Assembly (NCBI RefSeq): GCF_009834535.1
Contig: NC_045697.1
Span: forward strand, 102,860,001 to 102,924,000
Origin: Camelus ferus
Lineage: Eukaryota
Length of the DNA stretch: 64,000 nt
Direction: 5' to 3'
Part shown: one piece after another, positions 22,974 through 34,789 of the stretch
Numbering within the stretch: the stretch's first letter is position 1
Layout: each line of letters begins with the position of its first letter
Notes under the pieces: generated by a model
What the model saw: the letters and a program-made list of their open reading frames with translations, nothing else
Database searches by the model: none
What the model was told of the DNA's origin: nothing
Translations under genes and position numbers: made by a program

Positions 22974-23520
22974 TGTTACCAAGGCTGCTGCTCCCAGGAT
23001 CATACCCCTGCCCCTCCCTTGAATAGAAACCAGTTAGTTTTATCTAAGTCTCAGGAGGCAGCTGCAAAGTAAAGAAACAAAAACTGGTTAGAACCAACTG
23101 AGCCCAAGATAGCAGAGCATTTGACTTCCAGTGGACCCTGAGCCTCGTTACACCCTCATTGCAATACATTAGCATGCTAAATGACAACCGTGACAGTTGA
23201 TGATTGCCATGACAACAGCTAGAAAAGCCCATACAAGGACTGAAAAGCCTGTACAAGGACTGATTGGTTCCATCACATCCGGAAGGAGGACATGATAGAA
23301 GAAGCCGCTCATAAAAATCCACATGGCCCAGCCACGCGGAGCTGTCTCTACCATCCGTCTTGGCTGATAGCTCCCAGCTCCAGTGCTTCCTTTCCTTTTC
23401 CTCTTTTGAGAAGTAAAGCAGCCATTCACTGTGTCCCTCTGCCTCTGCTGCAAATTCTTTCACAGTTGACAGCAAGGACCCCCACTTTGGTGGGCCTCTG
23501 AATTTAGGGGTCCCTCTACT
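22974..23520 (+). mobile_element. MER41-like ERV1 LTR
   Basis: MER41 hallmarks in order: ccaagatagc...tgacttccagtg...cattagcatgctaaatgaca...tgacagttga..tgccatgacaac; U5 aaattctttc...caaggaccc. Confidence 0.7.
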
Positions 23521-23991
23521 TACTGAAACATAATAGAAAAAAATGCACAACATAAAAGCTGAGAATTATGCTTTATTCAACAGACGTACTGAGGACTATA
23601 GCCCAGGATTGGCACCCTCACAGATAGCTCTGAAGAACTGTTCTAAAGAGGTAAGGGAGGAGCTAGGATATATAGGTGTTTCTGTTGCAAAAAAAAACCC
23701 TCCAAAAAACGACAGAGTCAAAAACATCAAAAGATTACTACTAACCACAAAAACCAGACATCAGAGTTAATGATTTTAGTGATTTTCTATCTATGGGAAG
23801 ATGCAAGAATCTGGGGTCAGTGAAATTATTCCTCTGATGTGCATCTTAACTATCTAGGACTGGTATCCTCTTTTTCTCCACCCTGAGTTCCCCTCAGGGT
23901 GCGCCATCAGGAGCAGCTGCAGTGGCTGATGGCGTCATGGCTGCAACATCTTTTGTTTACCGAGGTGGTGGGGGCAACATTCTTTGTCCAC
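23521..23991 (-). mobile_element. Cetartiodactyl ERV1-type solo LTR
   Basis: aaaaatgcacaac.taaaag.tgagaattatgctttatt...cagatagctctga...gaggtaagggaggagc.aggatatatagg...ctttgtccaca. Confidence 0.8.
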
Positions 23992-24179
23992 AGTTGCTTA
24001 GCCCAAATTGACATCTTTCAAATCTTTGTAAAATTCCCATACCTTTTCTCTTCTTAATAGTCTCTGATTACAATAAATGAATTTTAGACACATTTCACAA
24101 GTTTTCTTTTTCTAGCTATATCTTAACCATATTTGGCACCATTTTACAATTTTTTTCTGCTGAATTTGTAATTAGTTCA

Positions 24180-24666
24180 CGTAGAGGTTTCAGGGATGTG
24201 GGGCTGATCAAGGGAAAAGATGACCAAGAGAGACACTAAAACACAAGCTTTATTGGATGGCATGAGAATAAGGATGCATGAGAGGGGATGTTTCTCACAG
24301 CATGTGGCCATTAAGAGGCTTACTAAAACGAACCATCATCTAGAAGGGGAGTTAGGCAAGGGAACTCCCAGAGGAAGGAGAAAAGAGAGAGGGGACTTAC
24401 TTGTAGTCTCTGGGTGAGAGATCTCCAAGGGAAGCATCAGCTTTGAGCCTTATTACTGTGAGGCCCTGTCTTATCAGTAGGTAAGAGCTGTTGGGTGATG
24501 TTTTGGGGGTATGCAAACTAAGCAGGCACTAAGTGGCTAAAATGTTGATTGTTTAGGCTCTTTTAAAAATAATTGGATTGTAAAATTTGACTTTGGTGCC
24601 AATGGCTTTTTGAGCTAATAGATCTCAGGCTGCACTGAAGAAATAAAGAGACTAGAGGCCAATACA
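24180..24666 (-). mobile_element. ERVL-type LTR (MER76-like)
   Basis: Antisense poly(A) signal ctttattg near the start; ends tgaagaaataaagagactagaggccaataca. Confidence 0.5.
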
Positions 24667-25679
24667 TGGAGGCTATCTTTGACTCATTTATATAACAATC
24701 TATCTCAAGGCACCAGAAGCACTTAATTGTTCTGGGAGCAGAGAACATCTTCTTTCAATCACAGAAAGTATATGATTCAACTAAACTCATAGTTTTATGA
24801 CTTCAATGATACTACCCTGTATGGTTTTATTTACCTATATTTATATAAAGAATGATATTCATGCTGAGTGGAAGTAGAGGATTCTACCTTCAAATATAAT
24901 TTTAATTCTAAGATTCATATTATAATTTCTTATGATTAATTTCTTATTATTACATATTTTGGTATCACTTAGTAGCATGTTCAAATATTTCTGCCTTCAG
25001 CTAGAACTACCTAAGGATTTATGCTTAACTGCTTTTTATTCATACATGTATGAACTACATAAACATTGATGAGAAGTCTGATGAAACTCTAAACTCCCTT
25101 TCCATCTTGTAGATGCATATGTATTTGTCTTCAGTGTGTGAGGGCGATTCTTGTTTTGATATAAGTTACCAGCTTTTTGCAACTCAAAATACTTACAACC
25201 AGCCCATAAATTGACTATAAGCCTTCTCCTGTCTTGCTTCCCAGCCGTGGCATTTGGCAGCTCCAGCCAGTCTCCTCTGCTGAGGCTTAACCAGGCACCA
25301 GCCTCTGTGACCTCAAACTCCAGGGGACACATGACAAGCCTTCCAAGGAATTCTTAGTCACTGTACACTATACTGGGGCCCTGGGTCTATGCAAATGTGG
25401 TGCTCTCTGCTCTCAAGATTTCCATGAAGGTAACCTCTTCTCAAATGAATCTCTAGGCTTATTTAGTGGATGCTCGATGTTGGACCAGCTTGGCTTCCTC
25501 CAAGGTGATGTGTCTAGCTTCTCTCTTTGAATATATGGGCCCTTTTCCCACTGGCCTCAACTTCAAGGCCCCATCTGACACTCCAAGATTACCTGAAATA
25601 TCCTGCTTGTCCTCTTATTACCTACATAGCAGATTATTTTCTGGTATTGAAGAACCTACTTAGAAAGAGCAAGGGGAAG

Positions 25680-25860
25680 GGAACTAACATTGTTGAGTAT
25701 TTATTATATGACAAATAAATTATATGAATTATGACATTCACTCTTCATAACAATCCTAACAAGTTGGTATCATTTTGTCCTTTTATTACTGAGTAAACTA
25801 AAGCTAGGAGATTTACCTGCAATCAAAGCAATGATTCAAACTCACATCTGTTTGACTTGA
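25680..25860 (-). mobile_element. MIR SINE
   Basis: aactaacattgttgagtat...cttcataacaatcct...tgagtaaactaaagct...gattcaaactcacatctgtttgact. Confidence 0.7.
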
Positions 25861-26282
25861 CATATGGGCATCAACATTATTAGCATTTAAAAATATACAT
25901 CAATATGCATTTCCTATCCAAATAATTCTAAGATGAAATTAAACCAATTAGAGACTGAGAAATATCTGAGAAGGGCAACAAAACTTACAGAATAAATCAC
26001 TTTTCTTCTTACAATATCCATTTTTACCAACTTTAAGTCACGGTTATCTTGGAGAAACTTTATAGATTTATCACACAAAGGTAATATGAAAAAAAAAAGA
26101 ACGATTTGGTAACACATTATTTGTTGAACTAGATAGTTTCTTATCATTGGTGAGCACCTTATTTAGTGCAATGGATCTTAATTCTGCCCTTTACCTCCCT
26201 TATATAAAATAATCATACACATGTGTTCACTGTAAACCATAAATTGCAAAATTGTATGTCTTGGGTTGTCTCCATTTTTAAG

Positions 26283-27100
26283 CTGCTTTTATTCAGATGT
26301 AACTGACATAGATAAACTGTATATTTTAAAGTGTACACTTTGGTGAGTTTTGATCAGTTTTATACCCACGAACTCATCACCACAGTCAAGACAGTGAAAA
26401 TATCCGTCACCCTCAAAAGATTTCTTGTGCACCTTGATAATCCTTCTCTTGTCCCTCTCCCCCGCCCAATCACTGATCTGCTTTCTGTCACTACAGATTA
26501 GTTTATATTTTCTAAAGTTTTAAGAAAATTGAAGCATTTACTATACACTCTTTTTGTCTGGCTTTCACTCAACCTTTTGTTCTTCTAGGTTGTTGCATGT
26601 ATCAACAATTCATTCCTTTTTATTACTGAGTAGTCTCTCATTGTATAGATACAGTACAATTTGTTTATCCCATTCGCCTGTTGATGGACATTTGGATTGC
26701 TTCCAGTTTTTTATTTTGAAAAAATCTTCTGTGAACATCTGTCTTTGTATGAACATATGCTTCCACTTCCTGTGGGTAAATCCTCAAGAGTGGAATGACT
26801 GGATCATAGGGCAGGTGTATGTTTAACTTAAGAAACTGTCAAACTGCTTTCCAAAGTGATTGTACCATTTCACATTCCACCAGCAGTCTATGAGTGTTCT
26901 AGTCTTCAAATTCTGGCCCACACTTGGAATGGTCAGGCTTTTAAGTTTTAATCATTCTAATAGGTGCATGGTGGTATCTCATTGAAACTTTAATTTCCTT
27001 TTCCCTAATGACTAATGCCTAATGCTGTTGAGCATCTTTTCATATGCTCATTTGCCATCCACATCTGTTCAAGTCTTTTGCTCATTTAAAAAAATATAAT
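26283..27100 (-). mobile_element. Old L1M 3' region
   Basis: tttattcagatgtaactgacata...catcaccacagtcaaga...ttccaaagtgattgtaccatttcacattcc...tgttgagcatcttttcatatgct. Confidence 0.88.
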
Positions 27101-27579
27101 CCTTGTTTTTCAAAAATAAAAAGAAGAAAATAATACTCGTTAGTATCTGCCAAAAAATTTTTTTGGAGGACCATTCTCCAAACCAGAAAAGTAGGTATCT
27201 GTAGATATTAGAATTATAGGAAAATTTAAATTTATAAGTTATGCATTTCTGAAATGTTTGATTTTTTTTTTTGCAATGAGCATGTATAATTTTTCTTATT
27301 AGGAAAAATGACTTATCTTTCTTTCTTTTGTAAATGTACATTTAAGATAATTTTTATACATTTGATCATTTGGTGAAGAGAATCAGTTGGAATAAGGAGA
27401 ATTGAATTATTAACAGGTGAGTTTTAGAAAAAGATGAGAGGATGAGAAGGCTGCCCCCGGGGAGGAACTTTGGGAAAAGAGGTCAAAGGAGGGGAATTAA
27501 GGGGAAATTATTCTGTGAAAGGGTGATAGAACCCTCTTCTTCAGATGCCCAAGGAAACATCTTTAAAATTGACATTATT

Positions 27580-27705
27580 ATTATTATTATTATATTTTTA
27601 TTTTTATTTATTTTTATTTTTATTTTTAACAGAGGTACTGGGGACTGAATCCAGGACCTCGTGCATGCTAAGCATGAGCTCTACCACTAAGCTATTACCC
27701 TCCCC
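27580..27705 (-). mobile_element. Camelid tRNA-Ala-derived SINE (Vic-1-like), short form
   Basis: Reverse complement ggggagggtaatagcttagtggtagagc...gcttagcatgcacgaggtcctggattcagtccccagtacctct. Perfect 16-bp TSD taaaattgacattatt at 27564-27579 and 27706-27721. Confidence 0.93.
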
Positions 27706-27924
27706 TAAAATTGACATTATTCATGAAACACTTTTTGGAGCCCAACTGGTGTTTTCTGAGGATCTCCAGGTGGATATAGAGAAAAAGCAGGAGTGGGCAC
27801 TTATGGCCCTTATGGCACTCCGCTTACAAAACTATTAGACAGAGGAGAGGACGTGGTGAAAGAGAAATGTAAAGCAAGTACAAAATGTACTCTTGAATCA
27901 CTTTTTAAATAGTTTAAACATTCT

Positions 27925-29145
27925 TTTTAAAAGATATTTTCAGAGCAATTTCAGATTTCCAATAAAATTGAGAGGGAGGTATACAGATTTTCCATAAATC
28001 CCCTCTTTTCACATACAATAGCTTCCCCCCTTATCAACATCACTCACCAGAATGATACACATTTTCATCAGGGATGAGCCTACACTGACGCCTTATAATC
28101 CTCTAAAGCCCGCGGTTTACTTTAGGATTCACGCTTAGTGTTGTCCCTTCTATGGGTTTGAACAAATGTACAATGAAACATATCGTATCATACAGAGTAT
28201 TTCACTGCTTTAAAAATCTTCTCCTCTCTGCCAGTTCATCTCTTCCCTCCTGTCCACCCCTCCACAACCACTAATAATTTTTTATTGTCTCCATAGCTTT
28301 GCCTTTTGCAGAATGTCCTATAGTTGGAATCATGCAGTATGTAGTCTTTTTGGTTGGCTTCTTTCACTTACTAACATACATTTAAGCTCCTTATGTTGTC
28401 TCAAGTCTCGATAACTCATTTCTTTTTACCACTGAATAATATTCCATTGTTTGATGTGTCTCAGTGTACTTACCCATTTGCATACCAAAAGATATCCTGG
28501 TTCTTCTCAACTTTTGGCAATTATGAATAAAGCAGCTATAAACATCCATGTGCAGGCTTTTGTGTAGACATGAAATTTCAACTCCTTTGAGTAAATATCA
28601 AGGAATGTTATTGCTGGATCCTATGGTAAGGGTATGTTTAATTTTGTAAGAAACCATCAAACTGTGTTCTGAAATGGTGCTACCATTTTGCATTCCCACC
28701 AGCAATGTATGAGAGTTTCTATTGCTCCACATTCTTGCTAGCATTTGGTGTTGTCAGAGTCCTGAATTTTGGCCACTCCAATTGGCATGTAGGGGTATCT
28801 TGTTGTTGTTTTAATTTGCATTTCTCTGGTGGCATATGATGTAAAGCATCTTTTTATATGCTTACTTACCATATGTTTACCTTCTATGGTGAAGTGTCTG
28901 TGAAGGTCTTTAGGTCATTTCTTAATTGAGTTCTTTGTTTTCTTACTGCAGAGTTTTAAGGGTTCTTTATATATTTTGGATAACAGTCCTTTATCAGATG
29001 TCTTTGAAAATGCTTTATCTTACTCTGCGGCTTATCTTCTCATTTTCTTGACATTGTCATTTGCAGAGCAGAAATTTTTAATTTTAATAAAGTCCAGCTT
29101 ATTAATTATTTCTTTCATGGATCAGGTTTTTGGTGATGTATCTCC
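27925..29145 (-). mobile_element. L1MC-type 3' UTR plus ORF2 end
   Basis: ttttcagagcaatttcag...aaaattgagagggagg...accattttgcattcccaccagcaatgtatgagagtt...tttgcagagcagaaatttttaatttt. Confidence 0.88.
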
Positions 29146-29229
29146 CTTTTTTTTTTTAACCTGTTAAAAAAAAATCCTCTTGACTAGTTGAAGTGAAAGA
29201 ACAGAGACAGCCTGTATCCATCAGCCTGT

Positions 29230-29575
29230 ATCCATAGAAAACATAGTCAAAAGGTCATTGAAAAGATTATAATGAAGAGACTACTCACTGAAATGTGGTC
29301 AAGGTTAAGGGAAATAAAAGATAATGACCTAGCGGGAAACAGTTGCCAGCCCCAGACCTAACGGGGCCATGGGAAGGGGCAGCTACTATATTTTGAAGGA
29401 GAGGGGCTGCTGGACGGGAGTGCAGCTTTCAGTAGAGGAACCATCTGGAAGCCAGAAAGCAGGGAACCCATGATGTGTTCCACTCAGTCAGTTGCTAGAG
29501 GTTCAAAGATTCAAAGAAGAGCTGGGAAGGCTAGAGAGTGAATCTGGATGGGCACATTGAGGCTATCCTCGCATA
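29230..29575 (-). mobile_element. Ancient LTR (LTR78-like)
   Basis: taatgaagagactactcac...gttaagggaaa...ggaagccagaaagcagggaaccc...agagtgaatctggatgggca. Confidence 0.5.
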
Positions 29576-29744
29576 GACTTCCAACAAAATCCTCCTCTTC
29601 CCATACATTCACCTCTGAAACCACCTGCTTTCAGCTAGAAAGTCATAAAAAATGGCTTCAACCTAGAGACTGGTGATTCCCAATTCCTTTTGGCTCACAG
29701 ACTCCAAAAAGCACCTATAAGCACCTTCATAAATTTACATACAA

Positions 29745-30694
29745 CCTAAATAGACCTTTCTCCAAAGATGTATTGACGGCCAACAAGCACATGAAAAGAA
29801 GCTCAACATCATTAATTATTAGAGAAATGCAAATTAAAACCACAGTGAGGTACCACCTCACACAGGTCAGAATGACCATCATCAAAAAGTCTATAAATAA
29901 TAAACGCTGGAGACGGTGTGGGGAAAAGGGAACCCTCATGCACTATTGGTGAGAATGTAAACTGGTGCAGTCACTATGTAGAACTGTATGGAGGTTTCTT
30001 AAAAACTAAAAATAGAGCTACCATTTGATCCAGCAGTCCTGCTCCTAGGCTTATATGGAAAAGACAAAAACTCTCATTCAAAAAGATACATGCACCCTGA
30101 TGTTCATAGCAGCTATTTATAATAGCCAAGACAAAGAAGCAACCTAAATGTCCACCGACAGATGACGGATAAAGAAGATGTGGTGTTTATATATATATAC
30201 ACATATATATATGTTATAACTGATATATATAATATAAAAAATATATTCAATCATAAAAAATGAAATACTGCCATTTGTAGCAACATGGATGGATCCAGAG
30301 ATTATCATACTCAATGAAGTAAGTCAGACAGAGAAAGATAAATATCGTATGTTATGACCTATATGTGGAATCTAAAAAAAATGATACAAATGAACTTATT
30401 TACAAAACAAAACTAGACTCACAGACATAGAAAGTAAACCTAAGGTTACCAAAGAGGAAAGGAAGGGAGGGATAAATTGGGAATTTGGGATTAACAGATA
30501 CACACTACTGTATGTAAAATAGATAAACAACAAGGTCTTACTGTACAGCACAGGGAACTATATTTAAAACCTTGTAATAATGTATAATGGAAAAGAATCT
30601 AAAAAAGATATCTATCTATCTATCTACCTATATGTGAATCATCTTGCTGTACACCTGAAACATTTTAAATCAGTTATACTTCAATAAAAAAATA
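29745..30694 (+). mobile_element. Cetartiodactyl L1, 5'-truncated (ORF2 C-terminus plus 3' UTR)
   Basis: Clear ORF2 end and 3' UTR. TSD aaatKtacatacaa at 29731-29744 and 30695-30708. Confidence 0.93.
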
Positions 30695-31424
30695 AAATGT
30701 ACATACAATGTTTTTCTTCCTTATAGACAGGGAGCCTTTCTTTAAGCAGGTAGTTAGATCTTTCTCACTGATATTCTTGCCAAAAATAGTGGCCAATACT
30801 TGGAAATTTTTTTGAAATAACTCCAGATTGTATATTTAAAATAAAAAAAGAAATTCAATATGAAATTTATGCTTAAAAGGAAATTTCAAAAGTACATGGC
30901 TTTTAAAAAAAAACTTCAATTAAGAACTTTAACATTTGGAATGGTTTCTCACATGGTAAAACGTCATATTTGACAGTCTACACATGTTAGTTCTACCTCT
31001 GATGGCAGTAAGCTATGAAATCTCTGATTACAAGGCTAGGTGTTACAGATGGAATGAAAATTCCCATTGCTTCTTCTTCCAGGTGAGGGTTGACTTGAAA
31101 GAGAAAAATGTCAGAATTCTCAAACATGCTGCAAATTGGATTCCTTTTGTACCATTTCTTTGTCTTCCAGTCACTGAGGTCATCTTTGTCAAGATCTGCC
31201 CCATACACTACGTGGTATTTTGAGCAGAGGTAACATACAGAGTTCTGCAGGGCTTCTGAATTCTAGAGGTTTCTTCCGGCAGAGGAGCTGCCATCCTGGG
31301 TTCTAGCTGGCAGAAAATCTTTCCCCAGATCTGTAAAGTTTCCATAGTTGTTTACCTCCAGTCTTCACTTCCAGAGAGGTAGCCTCATCCAAAGAGTAGG
31401 TTGTTTTCCAGTGACTCCCCTCGC

Positions 31425-31620
31425 AGTGAGTATGGAGTGTGGGCTCCAGATTTAGACCGTGTGAAGCTCAGCTCAACCCTTTACTAACCATGAGAACATA
31501 AGCAAGTGACTTGCCTGTGTACACCTCGATTTTCTCATCAGTGGATAATAATAGTACTTATTTGATAAGATTGTTGTGAGAATTAGCTTAAGTCAGATAA
31601 AGCCTTATAATAAGGGCAGT
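31425..31620 (+). mobile_element. MIR SINE
   Basis: ttactaaccatgag...agcaagtgactt...cctcgattttctcatc...gataataatagtac...gttgtgagaatta. Confidence 0.75.
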
Positions 31621-31684
31621 CACATTTTTGTTATTATTCAGATGGCCACACATACCTGGAAGGCTGTAGAAAAATTCTTTCTTG

Positions 31685-31975
31685 CCATTCATTTTCTGTT
31701 CATTTGTTCATGTATTTCTGAATATTTGTTGAGCTCAGCACTGTGCTGTGTGCCAGAGATACAACGGTCACCTCAAATGAACTAGTCCCTGGTCTCCTTG
31801 AGCCCACAGTCTAGTGGGGAAGACAGATATTAATCAAATAATCATAACCACAAATATAAAATATATAAAATTACTGTGGAAGAAAGGTTCATGGTTCTAT
31901 GAGAACCAATGATAGAGAGGTACGACCCTAAACAAGTGTTGTTGAACCTGAGGTCTTAGGGCTGGGAAGGAGGTG
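31685..31975 (-). mobile_element. L2 3' end
   Basis: ttcatttgttcat...aatatttgttgagc...ctgtgtgccag...gagcccacagtctagtggggaagacaga. Confidence 0.8.
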
Positions 31976-34069
31976 CCTACCTCAAATTCAGTTGAGTGCT
32001 TCTAGACTTACCTTTCAGACAGCCGGGATTTCTGCATAGGCAGAGAACTTCATTCTGCTTTCCTAACAAAACTTCTTGAAAAGTCAGAAATTCAAGGCTC
32101 TGACATTGAATAGGTTGATGACTTTTGGGGTAGTAAACAAAATTTTAATCAGGGTTTGTCTTCGACATGACAGCCTGGAACGGAATGAACCTCAGTGATG
32201 ACCAGAGTTTGTTTCTTCACTAGGCCAGAAAGCCCAGAGGGGCTGCCAAATGTGGCTGGTTCTCCAACCATATCCAGGACCAGTGTCTGGGTTGAAGTTT
32301 TGTTTGGCAAATAAAAATTTTTACAATTTCAAAACCACAGGAGGCCTCTGGACGTTCCAAAAGGGCTCCCAAAATAGGAATCCTCATTTGATACTATCTT
32401 TGTACGAAGAACATGGGAACCAGAACTTGAATCTGGTAAGAGAAGTCAATACTTTCACAAAACATAGACAGACAGAGAGAGAAATGGCAGTTCCTTAATG
32501 ATCTGCTTCAAAATACTGGAATAGATTTTAGTGATTCTGGAATGGATGAGAACATTTTGACAGAATGTTATTTTATTTTTAAATTTTCCTCCAAGCCATA
32601 AATTAGCGTAACCATTTCCAAGACATATTGCTTCATCAAAGTCTTTTATCTGGTAACAGATGAAACTGAACAAGCAGTTTTGCAGGCTGACTCAATACAC
32701 CACTCTTTGTGTTGAAGCAAATCCAATTTAGGTAAAATTTTTAATGTTTTTCCAGTTGAGCCTTTTACTTAGGCAAAAAAAGCAGACCTTGTAGTGGATT
32801 GTTAGGACGTAAGGGACCACTTCAGCTCTGTTGGCTTCCTACTTCCATAGGTAAGCATCTGGCTACACAAGATACCTTCTGACTTTTATGTTCAGTTTTG
32901 TTCCCCAAAACATATATAGATACTTACATACATATAGAGTGGAATTTCCTAGCCTAAGCTGGTATCAAGGTATAGATATATAGATGTTCATAATCATAAT
33001 GCCATGAAATATTTGCAATTCATACCAAAGGAAGTCCTGATAGATACTATCACTGGCCAATAATGACAGTTACAAATTACCAAGCTGTGCTTTGCTTTAT
33101 ATGTTGCCTTTTATGTTAGTGTGAACCAATGCTTGAATAAAAAATATAAGTTGTACGAACTGTTTTTCTCCTCTAACTATAATTTTAAGTACTGGGGAAG
33201 ACGAAAGGAAACTATACTTTCCCACAGGTTTGTGGATCTTCTGAAAGCCATCCATGCATGCTCGGGGTCAGAAACCCTAGACTTACAGCCCCCGCCATGT
33301 CATCTTTAATCTTACAGTGCCAACCTCTCTGTTTTATTTCTTCTCTCTCTCTTTAATTTCAAGTTCACCTTTACAGTACTTTATATATTAAGTATAACTG
33401 TCTGAAGTGAGATAGAAACATTTAAATAACTTGGAGCAGCAATTTATAAACCACAGTGCAAGGAATCACTAATGTCCAGTGAAGAACACCATCCCTTTTC
33501 CCAGCCTTGCCCAACCCTGTCAGTTCCAGTCCTTTTGCCACCTCCTCCCCTCGCCTCAGACTTTTTTTAAACCTTAACGTTTCTTTGAAATTATGATGAG
33601 TTTTTGGTGTATCAGGATTGACCATTTGCACATCTCAGAGAACATTCTCTTCTTCTAGCAGGACACTTTGACCTATGCAGGGTCTGTGGACTCTTATGGG
33701 ATTCGGGAATGTCCTTGAAGGGATCTGGAACCGAAACCTCCATATTCATTTACCTACTTGGAGTTTCAGGTACCACAGTTCTTTTCTTCTTGTGACTTGT
33801 TTTCCTGACTTACTTCATTCTTATTTTTCTAGAAGACTAATTACTCCAGCTTGTCCATTCATGATCACTTCATCATGTATTCTTTTCCTTTCTCATTCTA
33901 AATCCTCATCCGACTAAGTTTTTGAATTTGCAACCTCCCATTTACCCCAAATCTGGCTCTGTGTGGGGAGCCCGTCACTCCATGCCCCCAGCAGGGGTCT
34001 CCCTAGTTCCTTTCCAGAGAGCCATACCGCTCAAATACCCATCATCAAGTTAAAGAATCCACCTTCTAG

Positions 34070-34182
34070 GTTTGTTTGTTTGTTTGTTCGTTTGTTTGTT
34101 TGGAGGATAGAAAAGAACAGCTTTATTGCATTGCCAGGCAAAGGGAGTCACAGAAGGCTAATGCCTTAAAGACTGTGAGCCC
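34070..34182 (-). mobile_element. ERV1 LTR R-region fragment with A-rich tail and 12-bp TSD (retroposed copy)
   Basis: Reverse complement gggctcacagtctttaaggcattagcc...ccctttgcctggcaatgcAATAAAgctgttcttttctatcctcc(aaac)n. TSD tccaccttctag at 34058-34069 and 34183-34194. Confidence 0.8.
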
Positions 34183-34789
34183 TCCACCTTCTAGTCTTGA
34201 TAGAGTTCCAGTCTCCAGATAACACAAATTCTTTAAGCTCAACACACACATTGTAGTCGTCTCCATTCTTACCTAATACTGGGTAGCACTTTAAGCACTT
34301 TAAGCTAATACTTTTATGTTAACATTTTATTTGCTTATTTGTTTTTGCTGTAATTCCAACAGGAAAGATAAACTCAAAATCATGCCTTATACTGTAGATC
34401 AAAGTTCCAATCCTTGGATACCAAGTCTACCACAGAGTAAAAATTTTGCACATTTCTCTTTTTTTTTTTCCTTCAACTCATGCTTTTTCCTAATACATTG
34501 GAGATTTCTGAAGCACCTAGCATCTAAAAGATTTAATCTAAATACAATAGAATTGAATTAGGATATATTTTCATTTTTTTTAAATCAAGCCTTTAAAAAA
34601 ATTTTTGTAATTATTTATGCCACTTAAAAAATGCACTGAGTTTATTACACTAAATGAAAAAGGAGCAGGAAAAATTAGCAACATGATAGCTAGTTATGAA
34701 AACATAATAAAGTGCCAATTAAAGTGATTATTGGAGTTGAGCTCAGGGAACAACCTGATTTAAACAAAAATATCACACCAATGATTCTA

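Noticed and set aside
23044..23553. 169-aa minus-strand ORF
   Set aside because: Antisense to a MER41-like LTR; a chance open frame.
27631..27705. tRNA-Ala(AGC)-like sequence
   Set aside because: It has an A-rich tail, a TSD and a mutated B box, and has three diverged siblings in the window, so it is a SINE rather than a tRNA gene.
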